Below, piece by piece: positions 42,702-55,291 of a stretch of DNA of 64,000 nucleotides (within the stretch, counting starts at the first letter, position 1; each line of letters begins with the position of its first letter). Where the stretch lies: the NCBI GenBank assembly GCA_965153355.1, contig OZ231126.1, positions 28,520,001-28,584,000 of the forward strand, read 5' to 3'. The DNA comes from Flaccisagitta enflata. Its lineage: Eukaryota. The notes under the pieces are model-generated. The model was given only the letters and a program-made list of their open reading frames with translations, was not told where the DNA came from and did not search any database. The translations under genes were made by a program, and so were the position numbers.

Positions 42702-42875
42702 CTCTGGGCAGAGATCCATTTGCTGTCTGGCGCTGAATCAAGGCTAAGGTGGCGCCTTCCGGGACTCGATAGTGGACGAGCGTGTTGAGTCGCTTCCATC
42801 CATCGATGGCGGAAACGACAGATGTCATGTCGTCGTCTTGAAGCGTCAAATGACCGCTGTTGCCACTGTGCCACT
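42702..42875 (-). CDS. Plexin RhoGTPase-binding domain exon (first of four found)
   Basis: ttacag|AGTGG...AGAG|gtgagt; [19 protein letters not shown]...[20 protein letters not shown] matches the plexin W..LNTL.HY.V.DG motif; 174 nt, phase 1 at both ends. Confidence 0.9.
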
Positions 42876-43504
42876 CTGTAAAGGCGGCGGGCAGGGGTAG
42901 TGGGGGTGAGGAAGGGCCAAAGGTTGCAGTGGTGGTGGTGGAGGTGAGGGTTGGTGGGATGATGGGAATGATGGAAGAGAAATACATCGAAATTGAATAA
43001 AGGGAAGAAAATGAAAATGAAAGATAGGGAAAACATGGAAAAAAATGGAAGACAAACAAAAGCGATTGGGTGGAAAAGAAAAATGTGATGACGAAGGAGA
43101 GGAAGATGAAGGAGCGGAAGAAGAAGTCCCCCTGTGTTCTACAGGACTTCGTCCCCTTCGGGGCCGCTGCCCAAAAAGAGGAGTGAAAGGTGCCAACGCC
43201 TTTCATTCACCTTTATGACCTTCTGAAAAAGCTTTCATTAAGACGCCGCTTCAATGGTTCCATTCTTAACACAAAAACACACCAAAGGTTACAAATGACT
43301 GAGTTATGTCATGCTGTTATTGAATGGTTCCATTCTTTAAACAATATCACACCAAAGGATACAAACGACTAAGTTATGTCATGAATGGGTCAATCTTCAA
43401 AATAATAGCATGGTTTTGGATACTTCTTTCAGGCAGTTGATTTTCCATAGAAGGTGAAAACGTTTCTGAGCCTAACTTTTTTTGAAAAACATCTATGCCT
43501 ATTT

Positions 43505-44180
43505 TTGTCACACCTAAAAGTCAGTTCACATCTTATTCAAATGCATCACGCCTAAAAGTTGTTGACACACATCAGACCATATCTTATCTAAATGCATCCC
43601 AGTGTGAATTTTTTGTCCCACCTAAAAGTTGGTGACACACATCAGTTCATATCTTTTTTAAATGCATCCCATAGTGAATTTTTTGTCACATCTAAAAGTC
43701 AGTGACACACATCAGTTCATAGCTAATTCAAATGCATCCTAGAGTGAACTTTTTTCACACTTAAAAGTCAGTGACACGCATCAGTTCATATCTTTTTCAA
43801 ATGCATCCCATGGTGAATTCTTTGTCCCACCTAAAAGTTGGTGACACACTTCAGTTCATATCTTATTCAAATGCATCCTAGAGTGAACTTTTTTCACACA
43901 TAAAAGTCTGTGACACACATCAGACCATCAGTTCACATATTATTCAAATGCATCATACCTAAAAGATATTGACACACATCAGACCATATCTCCTCTAAAT
44001 GCATCCCAGTGTGAACTTTGACCCACCTAAAAGTCAGTGACACACATCAGTTCATATCTTAGTCAAATGCATCCCAGAGTGAACTTTTTTCACACTTAAA
44101 AGCTTGTAACACACATCAGACCATATCTTATCTAAACGCATCCTAGAGTGAACTTTTTGTCACATCTAAAAGTCGGTGAC
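43505..44180. repeat. ~68-bp minisatellite, about 10 units
   Basis: AAATGCATCCCAGAGTGAACTTTTT...TAAAAGTCAGTGACACACATCAGTTCATATC recurs. Confidence 0.85.
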
Positions 44181-44819
44181 GCGCGTGGAAAAGATTTTGC
44201 TCCATTCATTCTTTCTTCTGAATTGACACGCGATTTGAACTCTTTCTATCAATTTACCTATTTCACCTTCCGGTGCGTAGCAAACTCTCACTTTTGTACA
44301 ACTATCTCAAGAACTACCTGCACACCAACCTACCTACCAACAAACCCACCTCTATTACTACTCGACTGAAAAAAAAATCCGCAATCTATTTTGAATTGAT
44401 TTAAAAGAAAAAAAAATCGATAACACATTTTTTGTTGGAAGCATTACAGATTTTTATATTTTTTTCTCCCATTCTAGACCAATCAGACTGTAATCTCAAG
44501 GTTTAGGAGCTGTGAGCTTTAAAAAGTTATCTTCAAAATTCCAGAAGAATGCACATTTAACAACGGGATTGCAAATTGATAAATGCATATGTTTCTATCA
44601 TTTCTTACGCCATTTAAAACGTAATAAAGTTAGAATTGCCAGATTAGAGCCAAATGAAAGATCTTTTCAAGAGCTTTGTAATGATCTAAGATTTCAATTA
44701 GTTATTTTGAAATTCAATATGTCAATCAAAATTTTAAAAATGCGGCTTTTTTATTGAGTTGAGTAGTAGCAATAATCCGAACACCCAGCTTAGTTTTTGT
44801 TACGTGCCACGTTCTTATG

Positions 44820-45185
44820 ACACTTTAGTATCCCTCCTATCTTCAACACCTCACACACCCCGTCACACTTATCATGCCCCACCCCATCTTAACACCTAAT
44901 TCAATCCACCCACACACTTCTTTACGCTCCACCGCATTTTAACACCTAACAAAACTCGTTACACTTCTTCATGCCTTACCTCATTTTGGCGCTTAACACG
45001 CCTTTAGCCTCCCATTCACTTCTTACGCCCCACCTTATTTCAACAACTAACACACATCTTTCTTCTTTACTTCCCACCACAACCTAGCAACTAACACACT
45101 CTATCTTTCTTCTATACGCCCCATATCATTTTTACAATTAACACGCTTCATTTCTCTTCTTTACGCCCCACCTCATTTTAACTCT
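44820..45185. repeat. Degenerate ~45-bp tandem repeat
   Basis: CTTCTTTACGCCCCACCTCATTTTAACA-like units. Confidence 0.5.
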
Positions 45186-45845
45186 TCCCCGTCATCTCCC
45201 CACTGAGTAGAGTAACAAAGTGAGTAAAGGCGCAAAAAGGTTCAATTGGCTGAAACGGAGGAAATGACGCTGGAAATAAAAGAAAAAAAAAGAGGCAAAT
45301 GACGCGCAAGAAAATCCGCTTTCTAATTCTAAGCAGTCGAAGCCGTAGAAGTCATTTTATGCCATAGAAGTGCCTAGAATGTCAAATCACGTGCTAGCTG
45401 TGTACGTGGGTGTGTCACTGGATAACACGCAAAGAAAGTGTGACTAAAAATACCGATGTTGGCCCTGTATCGGGCTTCCATGTTGATTTGAGTTTCTATG
45501 GCTAATGGTAACATTCAAAAGCGCGTGAAAACAAAACGAGAGGACCAGATTGAAATTGTTGGAACTATTGAAACGGATTTCATTTAATCCTTGGACGTTG
45601 ATTTTCTATGTATCTATGTGTTAGGTTAGATTCAAATTTCAAAGAAAGAGGCCCTTTCATCGCTAGATGTAAGATTCTATCATATTTTTTCAAACCTATT
45701 CAAAATGACAATTTGTCGCTAACAGTTAAGTAGACGCTAACAGCGAAGGAAACTTTTTTTCTTCTTTTTCCATGCATGTAAAGGGCAGATGACAGTTTAC
45801 AGATCAGTCATTTGTTTTACAAAGCATTATGACCATTAGGTATTA

Positions 45846-46865
45846 CTAGGCAATGCATCTTTTGACTTTTTCGCCAAATACGATAAAAGCGGCGCGAAAA
45901 TTACGAGAAGCAGTAAGGTAAATAATGAGATTAATGCTCGAATTGACGATTGTAGATATTGTACCCCAATGATTCCAAAAATTACTGTTCGCACTCAACT
46001 CATCCTTGGCATGTAAACGGTCGACATAATCAATCAAATTGATAACCAAGCTACAACAGAAGACCAAAGCCACGAGCGCGACTAATCTTTCAAAATCCAC
46101 TTCGCTTGATGTCCGGAATTCACGATCGACCGAATTCCGTCTCATTCTCAATTTGATGAGAACAAAACTCGCCAGAATAAATTCACTGACAAGTATCGTA
46201 GCGCCAATGACAACACCGCACCAAGCAAAAATGACGTGATTAGGACGTCCCAACAAGTCGGGGAGAAAGTTAAAGGTTAACTCCGTAATGACACAATTCA
46301 TGATAGTGATGATAGTGGTAAAGACAACAAGTTCTATGAAAATCCTTTTTTGCGATTTGCCTTGACTACGAAGCGCGTTCGTGGTACTCTTGAGAGACCA
46401 AGCTCGGACAAATGATATGTAAAGGGTCATTGATCGGTTTACTAATAGACAGAGAATATAGAAAAACATAGCGCCATAAAAAGACGCCATGCAGCGTCTG
46501 GCTTGGCTGCAGGGCAAGCAGAACTCGCACCGCCAACTGATGAATGTCAGTGCATTTGAACCGACGAGCACCGCGATGTCGGAGAAGGCCAATGCAGTGA
46601 GATGAATCTGCGCTTGAGATCGCCTTTGATCCAGTCGCATCCGCTCTTGAATGACGATGATGACGAGTACGTTGAACAAAAGTCCCACATACGTCATTGA
46701 TGTTAAGAAGGGATCGCCATACTTACTCGCGAGAATTTGGAATATTGAGCAATTTCTAAACTTGTAGATGCAAGACGCCTCTGTGATGTTGTCCAATAGG
46801 TCGTTGTCAGGAGAGGCCATTGTTGAGGTGAATCCGTTGGACATGGTTGAGGGCGAGGACTTCAT
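45846..46865 (-). CDS. Intronless class-A GPCR (FMRFamide/peptide-receptor-like expansion type), 339 aa
   Basis: Seven hydrophobic segments; TM1 GLLFN, TM2 LAFSD, TM7 NSSINLIIY followed by SRNFR helix 8; N-terminal NIT and NCS sequons. Confidence 0.85.
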   Translation of the reverse strand: MKSSPSTMSNGFTSTMASPDNDLLDNITEASCIYKFRNCSIFQILASKYGDPFLTSMTYVGLLFNVLVIIVIQERMRLDQRRSQAQIHLTALAFSDIAVLVGSNALTFISWRCEFCLPCSQARRCMASFYGAMFFYILCLLVNRSMTLYISFVRAWSLKSTTNALRSQGKSQKRIFIELVVFTTIITIMNCVITELTFNFLPDLLGRPNHVIFAWCGVVIGATILVSEFILASFVLIKLRMRRNSVDREFRTSSEVDFERLVALVALVFCCSLVINLIDYVDRLHAKDELSANSNFWNHWGTISTIVNSSINLIIYLTASRNFRAAFIVFGEKVKRCIA

Positions 46866-47549
46866 CGTGAGATCGTCGGATCAATCGGCTCAACTAAATA
46901 GCAGTAAAGACAAGTATACACATCATGTCGAAGTTACATGTTCAAAGCTACGTCCTTTACCCACAATAACCCACATACAGTAACTATCGAAAAGAAAAGA
47001 AACTGATTAATCATGGTCAATCATGATGGCGAAATGAACATTTTAAAGAGCTTTTTTCATTACCATGTACCAATAATTCATTGCTATATGACACCAAAAG
47101 GGATAGTGGGATAGCTCTGCAAGATACATACAGTGATCACTGCAAATCCGGACCAAAGTGTGAATTTTTTTTTAACTCAGTAATGTATATAAAGATTCAG
47201 AAGGGTGCTCCTTTCACATATATTCCTTTGGGGTCCTTATAGGCTCCAAAACCCATATAGAAACGCCAAAAGTATCTTCGTAATAACAATAGGAAATAAT
47301 GAATTTTACTATCCAAAACTGTAGACAAAATTTTTTCAAAACTTAGTATCATATGGTCGGGTTCTAAATTCCAACCTGAAAATTATTTGAAAAAATTTTC
47401 ATAGCAACAAATCAACTGGAAATGATCTAATTAATGATACAGTCTGAATATTTTTTAAAAACTTCTGTTTTTTTTTTGTGCCGTATGGACCAACGTGACA
47501 GGCCACATGACCTGACAAAACGGGATGTAGAGTTGCTTGCACATGACTG

Positions 47550-47595
<46 letters not shown>

Positions 47596-47824
47596 TATAG
47601 AGAGAGAGAGAGAGAAGAGAGAAGAGGAGTGGAGAAAGACTTATAAGATTATTAGCATGTGTAAAGTGTATCTGATCGAGTTGACTTTTTACAGAAATAC
47701 AATCCTCGCATAACATCACTATTGGATTAAAAGTTACACCTTCCAGCAAAGTAGAAATCTGAGATTTTGGTCAATCTATGTTTATATTTAGATTTACAGT
47801 GATCTTCACGCTTTTCACAGAATT

Positions 47825-49050
47825 CATTGATGGGGCAGCAATTACAGTGGTATATGTTACAGAGGAAACAGCACTGATTTGCTGAGTATTCAGAAATATT
47901 TCATTCCATATGTAATCAGAGATGCTTAGGGTCCCGTGCAGAGATTGGATATTGTTTGGGACCTTTACAAGAAAGACAGTCTGAAGACTGACAACAGAGT
48001 AAACGTGAGGAAAATTAAAAAGGAACTACTTAAAGTGGCTGCTAAAACTACAGACCAAAAGGAGATTTCCCAAAAAGATGATAATCACAAAGAGGACTCA
48101 TTTTCTTTCCTCACATGCGTTTCAACTGTCACACTGAGGAAAACTGTGATCAGTATCCAATGGGGATGAAAACTGATCTAATCTGTGGATGTCTCAGCGC
48201 TGTTAATGCTACCACATAGAATAGTTAGATGCAAGAATGATGTTCCACCTCAAGCACATGATTGAAAATAACATGTAAAATCTTAGCAAAAACAGTTGAC
48301 TCAGACGTCAATGTCATTCTTGTTGGACTTTTCTTTAAAATAGCAGCTCAAGTTGATGATGTGTGGGTTGAATAAGGAGCAGGAAAATACATGCAGTACA
48401 TTAGTATCAGAACTATGTACAACCAGCTAGGTGAGTCTAGTGCTAAAGCTTTTCTTTTTTTTCACGCATTCACTGGTTCAGATACCACATCTGCATTCCG
48501 CAACAAGGGCAAAAAAAAAAAAACAGCCTGGAATACTTGGAAAGCATTTGATGAAGCAACAGAAACATATGCGAATCTGGCAGTTGAACCATTTCTGTCT
48601 ATTGAGGATGATTCAAAAGAGGTAGAAACACTTGAAAGGTTTGTTATATATATGTACATACAGTCATCACCTTTGCTTAAAGTTAATGATGCTAGATAAG
48701 AGATTTTTTGCAAAAAAAATCAAAGCATGGAGAATCTTCCACCAACAAAAAATGCACTTATCCAGCATATAAAAAGAAGTGTGTATCAAACTGGAATTTG
48801 GGTAACATCTTTTGATGATCATGGTTCATTACCCTCTGCCTCTTTGTTTGGTTGGCAAAAGAAGGAAAATCAGTGGCAGCCAGTTTGGATAACTATTGCT
48901 GAAGTTGCACTAAGCTTCCGCGATCTTGTAAAATGTGGTTGCAAAAAAGATTGTAGTACAAAAAGGTGCAGTTGCAAATCTGCTGATCTACCATGCACAC
49001 AATTATGCAAATGTAAATGCTCTCAAGGGAATACAGATGCTAGTGAATGA
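47825..49050 (+). pseudogene. Academ transposase C-terminal remnant (XPG/FEN-like nuclease plus Cys8/CXC finger)
   Basis: IDGAA, DIVWDLY...SLK, HAFTGSDTTSAF..KGKK, ERFV..MY, LPPT..AL..H..R..YQ..IW, CGCKKDCSTKRCSC...PCTQLCKC; several stops and frameshifts. Confidence 0.8.
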
Positions 49051-49575
49051 AGTATTGCTACCTGGAGAGACTTTGTTTGACAAGATTCATTGAAGTGTTT
49101 GCTGTGTTTGTTGTGGATTTGCTGTACAATGTATCTTTATTTTGACCATTTCATTACAAATATGATCCACTTAAGTCTCAATAAAAAGCTAATTATGTGT
49201 AAAAAAAAAGGATAAATGATTTCTTTAAAAGATGAAAGCAGATTGCTTAGTCTACTTAGGGCTAATTGCCCAATCCCGCCCCCCCCCTTTTCTAGTGAAT
49301 GAGGTATTGCTACCTGGAGAAACTTTGTTTGACAAGATTCATTGAAGTGTTTGCTGTGTTTGCTGTGGATTTTCTGTACACTGTGTCTTTATTTTGACCA
49401 TTTTATTACAGATATGATTCACTTAAGTCTCAATAAAAACCTGATTATAATGTGTGAAGTCACGTGCAAGCGACTCTACATCCCGTTTTGTCAGTCTGTT
49501 GGCCTGTCCATCGGTACGTCCATTCGTCCATCCATCCGGCAAAAAAAAACAAAAAAAAACAGCCAAGTTTAAAAA

Positions 49576-50942
49576 AACAAGGCCAACACCTTTAAGTCGC
49601 GTGCGAGACGATGGTAACTGAATTGACCTGACTCCTTATAGTATCACTTTATCGACTTAATCCAGACATAAACCAGACTTAAACCAGACATAAACCAGAC
49701 TTAAACCAGACTTAATCCAGACTTGGACCACGCTTAAACCAGACTTAAAACAGACTTAAACCAGACTTAAACCAGAGTTAAACCAGAGTTAAACCAGACT
49801 CAAACCAGACTCAAACCAGGCTCAAACTAGGCTCAAACCAGACTCAAACCAGACTCAAACCAGACTCAAGCCAGACTCAAGCCAGACTTAAACCAGACTT
49901 AAACCAGACTTAAACCAGATTTAAACCAGACTTAAACTACATCTTAACCAAACTTAAACCAGACCTTAACCAAACTTAAATCAGATCTAAACCATACTTA
50001 AAATGATGTAAAATGAAATGACTTATAGTGACTCAGAATGACTTATAGTGACTCAGAATGACAAAGAATGACTTAAAATGACTTAAAATGACTTAAAATG
50101 ATTTAAAATAACTTAAAATGGTGTAAAATGACAAAAAATGAGAAAAACTGCAATCGCAAAAAATAATGACCTATATTGACTTAGAATGACTTAGAATGAC
50201 TTAGAATGACTAAAAATGACTTAAAATGACTTGAAAAGACATAAAATGGCGAAAAAATGCTAAACCTTACAGACTCGGACTGACTCATAGTGATTCAGAA
50301 TGACTTATAGTGACTCAGAATGTCTTATAGTGACTCAGAATGACAAAGAATGACCTAACTCTTAAGCCAGACTTATACTAGACTAAATCCAGACTTAAAC
50401 CAGACATAAACCAGACAAACCAGACTTAAACCAAACCAGAATCAGACATAAACTAGACTTAAACCTGACCCAAACCAGACTTAAACCAGATTTAAACCAG
50501 ACTTTAACCAGACTTTAACCAGACTTAAACCAGACTTAAAATGACTTAGAATTACTAAGAATGACTTGAAATGAATTGAGATGACTTGAAATTACTTTGA
50601 GTGACGTAGAATGACTTAGAATGTCTTAGAATGACTTAGGATGACTTAGGATGACTTAGAATGACTTTGAATAACTTAAAATGACTTATAATGACTTAAA
50701 AGGACATAAAAAAACAAAAACTTCAAAAGTCAAAAAATGACTTAGAGTGACTTAGAATGACTTAGGATGACTTAGAATGACTTAGAATGACTTAGAATGA
50801 CTTAAAATAACCTAAAATGACCTGAAATGACTTGAAATAACATAAAGTAACAAAAAAAAGCTAACGAAAGCAAAGTGTGACCGACGGACCGACAGACAGA
50901 CGGACAGAGTAGGTCATAGAGTCGCGTGCACGCGACTAAAAA
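49576..50942 (-). mobile_element. Expanded HINE/DINE-like element carrying 10-bp satellite arrays, inserted in the Academ right TIR
   Basis: AACAAGGCCAACACC..AGTCGCGTGC at one end and (GACA/GACC)n + AGTCGCGTGCACGCGACTAAAA at the other; internal (AAACCAGACT)n and (AATGACTTAR)n. Confidence 0.75.
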
Positions 50943-52682
50943 GGTTGTTTCCAGGGCTTTGTATCTTGGCAAATTAGATCATTTCCAGTTGATTTGACCC
51001 CCCTTTCAGAGAACTTTTTTTTCGAAATAATTTTTGGATAACTTTGGGGGAACCCGACCCAAAAATTTCTAAGTTTTTGAAAAAAAAATTTTGTCTACAG
51101 GACCTTGGATCTAGGCAAACTAGGTAATTTCCTATTGTTTTGACCCCCCTTTTGAAGATACTTTTTTGAAAAATTTTTCTCAACGGGCTTTTTTGGGGGC
51201 CCCTAGGGACCCCCGAAGGGCCCATATATGAGGGCACCCCTTCTGAATCTTTCATATACATCATGAGGATTATGTAAAAAAAAATTCACGCTTTGGTCCG
51301 GATTTGCAGTGACCATCTGCTGTCCTACTCCACTAGGACCTATGCTTTTTCATATGGGGAATTTTCTCCTTCTCTTCTTCTCCTTCGCCCCCCCTCTCAA
51401 AGGCCCAAATCCCCGTCTTCAGGCCCATATTCTAGTACTGAGGCTCAAATCACAGACTAGGGGCTTAAATCCTAGCCTCAAGGCCCTATGCCTAGTCTTC
51501 AAGGTCAAAATCTTAGCATGGAAACGCAAATCCTAGTGTTGTGGTTCAGATTGCAGCCTATGAGCCATTGTCTTACCCCAAAAGTAATTCCCATTACTCT
51601 CCATAGACCCAACCACAGGTCACTAACCCCTCTTGAGGCGCTGCCCTCTCACCAACTCATTAACACATGCAATAACTGAGGGGCATCGAATACCGCTGAC
51701 CATCCGATCCGTCAGTTGGTCGGTCTGACTGCCTGCCATGCCAGTCACACTAACTTTTTATGCATTTTTGACCTCTTTTAGCATAATCGTTCCCGCCCAA
51801 TTGCCCCAACCCTACCGCACGCTGCTAGGGGGTGCCCGTAAATCCGGCCCTAAAGACTTACCATCAAACGAAAAGTGTTCTAAAACAGCGTACAAGCGAA
51901 AATTTTTTGGTTTCGTCGACGATTCTGCATGAAAAGGAGTGGTGTCCAGGAAGAAAAAGCCAGGTTCATTTTCCGTTTTTAGTCCGGAATTCTTCTAGTG
52001 TCTATGTCCGGAATTCTTCTAATGTCTATGTCCGTTGCTCCGTCGGACTGTCGGTAACATCTTTGGATAGCAAACGATTGCATTACTCTCCCGCCCCAAC
52101 CATCTGCGAATTGAGGGGCACTATAACCGGCCTTATTTCTCATAATCTTTTTTTCCAACTACCCTTTAGTACTTAATTACTAAAATTTTAGGGATTTTGG
52201 ACACAAATTAGTAAAACGGAATGTGTTTCAATCTCACTACTGGCGTTAACTGGCTATTGGCTATTCAATTATACATAGATTTCTGCACACTTACTTTTTT
52301 TCTCATGCAGTTTTAGGAAAAAATGTCAGAACCAACATGAAGCCGCTTATTCGGAAAAATGAAAACTTTAAATCAAAAAACGTTGGTAATCAGATTTATT
52401 AGTAGAGAAACAAGCCCTATCGGGCAACGATGCGTCCTCACTGTGTCATTTTGTATAGTGAAATTTGCGCTGAACGTGTGTGACATATAGATGGACAGAT
52501 GGACGGGCAGATAGCGAAAAGGCCCATCAAACGGGTCCCTCAAAACACTTTAAAGATCGTTTCCATCGGGGCATGACATCGCCGCCGCCAAAAAAGGGCA
52601 AAAACTGTTTTAATGAATGGACGAATCGACGGACCGACCAACGGAAGGACATACCATCTCACAGAGATGCGAGGACGTATCA

Positions 52683-52901
52683 AACTTGGCCGGATGCACG
52701 GCTACTGAAGTCGCGTGCGGGTGGGCAGGTGCAGTGATACAAAAGGCTAACCCAAGCATTTGAGCAGGAGCAGTAATGGAAAAACCGCACAAAAACGCCG
52801 ATAAAGCTAAGGGTGACCAACTGACAGACCAACCGAGGTACCGACAAACCAACAGACCTACCGACATAGCGGCTTATAGAGTCGCATGCACGCTTCTAAA
52901 A
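52683..52901 (-). mobile_element. HINE/DINE-like element
   Basis: GGCCGGATGCACGGC...AGTCGCGTGC...(GACC)n...AGTCGCATGCACGC..CTAAAA. Confidence 0.6.
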
Positions 52902-53253
52902 ATCCAGAACCTATCTGTGTCATGTACGGGTAGCATCATGATCCCAAAGTAAACAAGGCGTCAAAGTTTGCTGATAAAGGAGTCTTTAGTAACATTCGAG
53001 ATATAGGATCATGATTAAATTGTTGTAAACGGAGACCGCCAGCCTGTATCAAAAATTTTGAACCTCATTCAAAAGGCATTTAGGAATAAGCTCTGATCCC
53101 GGTTCGTCTAAATTTGAGAAGGGCGTTATCAAGGAAGTTGAATGACAAGTGGAACAATATCCCTCACTGACTAATTTAACAAACATCCATTCTAAGTCCA
53201 TCCATCTGTTATAAGTCTAACCCAAAGCACCGAAAGAATGAAAATTCGATGAG

Positions 53254-54264
53254 TCAATTTATGGAAGAAATCAATGCGTCTTTGTGGTTTTTCCCCGAAC
53301 TGATAACGCGAAAATTACGAGTGGCAATAAGATAAATAATGAGATTGATGCTGGAATTGGAAATGACAGAAAATAAATTCCAATACTTCCATCGGTATTC
53401 ATGGGCCGCCAATTCAGTATCGGCATGTATACGGTTGACATGATCAATCATTGTGAAGAGACAGCTACAACAATAGACTAACGCCACAAGCGCCACTAAT
53501 CTTTCGAAATCATCCTCGCTGGCGCTGGATTTTTTGCCATCAATCGACTTCCGGTGGATTCGTAATTTTACGAGAACAAAAATGGCTAAAGCGAATTCTA
53601 TCACGATCATCAGCGTTGAGTAGAAAAAGCCACCCCACGCGAAAGAAATGTATCTAGGACATTTGAACCATTTTGGTAAAATATATAAGGTTGATACTAT
53701 AAGGACACCATTTACGATTGTAATGATAGAGGTGAAGACACATAATTCTATCAAAATTCTACCTTGCGACTTGTTTTGATTATGAAGGGCATTCGAAACA
53801 TTCATCAGAGACCAGGCTCGTACGAAAGATATGAAGAGGGTCATGGATCGATTGACTGCGTAAAACAGAAGATAGATTAACGAAGCGCCATCAAAAAGCG
53901 CCTTGCGGTGTTTCGCTTGACTACCGAGGGAGCAGAAGTCGTATTGCCAACATACAATTGCGAGCGAATTTGCACCGACGAGGACAGCGATGTCGGAGAA
54001 GGCCAAGGACGTGAGATGAATCTGCGCTTGGGTTCACCGATCATTCATCCCCATTGACTTGCGAATGACGATTATGACGAGAAGGTTGAACACGAGTTCC
54101 ACGCAACTCATCGACGCAAAACATGGATCTCCGTATGTGATGGCCAAGATTTGGTATTTAGAGCAATTCCAATGGTTCGAAACGCTTGGCTCTTCAATGA
54201 TATTGAGCCATGTGTCATTGCTGGGAGAGTCCATGGTTGACCTGAAGCAGTTGAAAAAAGTCAT
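53254..54264 (-). pseudogene. Disabled paralogue of the 45846 GPCR
   Basis: ORFs 54034-54264 and 53254-54006 share a frame and are split by TGA where the paralogue has CGA; a net 7-nt deletion after RNFR shifts the C-terminal tail. Confidence 0.82.
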
Positions 54265-55291
54265 TGGTCATTTGTATTATAGCAGAATTGATGGATAAAC
54301 TGGCAAAAACTAGTTGACACAATCCGTCTGTCGGTTGTTACCGTTTCGACTCACCAGTAACCACTTGATTCCGGCTGAGTTTAAGTCAAATGATTTGAAG
54401 ACGCTTCAGTGACACGCAAACGGTTGTGCTTCACGCTGACAAGAAGAAAAATGAAATATTTCCAAAAAAGTTAATGATATCTCACAGAGTATCCTCTCAT
54501 TAGTTCATATTCCAAATATCAATCCTTAACCCCCTTTACATTTAATTGTTTTCCTAATATGAGTTCCCCCATATTTCAAAGTCTAGACGACATCTACTCT
54601 ATATAATTGAGTGGCTTTTAATTTCTTCCTCCCCTTAATTAAGGTGTTGAATTTTCAAAAAAAATCTTTTTTCTTCTTTTCCAGACTTTTATTTTCTTCC
54701 CCATCTCCAAACCTTTTGATTTTATTGACTATATAGTATATACACGCAAGATCCAAGAAAAGACTTGATACAGAAAAAAAGAGTTGCGGTTGTGATATCG
54801 ACAAGGGTGTATGAAATTGAGTCGCTGTTGACTCCCCCCCCCCCTGGGCCGGAACAACCATGTGCGGGGCCCTAGGCACTTCAGGTAGCGGGGCCCCCAC
54901 AAGATGCAACATGCTGCCGTGTTGAAGCTTCAAACTTTGAACTTTGAACTATGAACTTTGAACTTCTTTGCAATGCTTTATGTAAATAAGATAAAGCCTA
55001 AGCTGTTTGATCAAGAAATCAAATTCTCAATGCAAAGGCGTTATCACTTTTGAAGCCGAGTATGAAAGCACAACTAACTTGACCATTACAGTCATTACAC
55101 AAACAAATGGTCAAGAGTGATAAAAAGCCACTTAAAAAAAAATTTTATTCAGGGTTCAGTGTTGTAGAGCTTAACCTGAAAATCCACTGATTAAGACAGT
55201 CATGTTATTAAGAATCCATTAAATGGATACCAATAATGGTGGCTATTCGTATTCGTATTCGTATTAAGAATCCATTAAATGGATACCAATA

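Larger units (their letters stand above)
47104..51335 (+). mobile_element. Academ (AcademX-type) DNA transposon, decayed
   Basis: GGA|TAGTGG ... CCACTA|GGA (3-bp TSD, TAG..CTA ends); long imperfect TIR with core CACTGCAAATCCGGACCAAAG; internal XPG-like and Cys-rich coding remnants. Confidence 0.8.
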
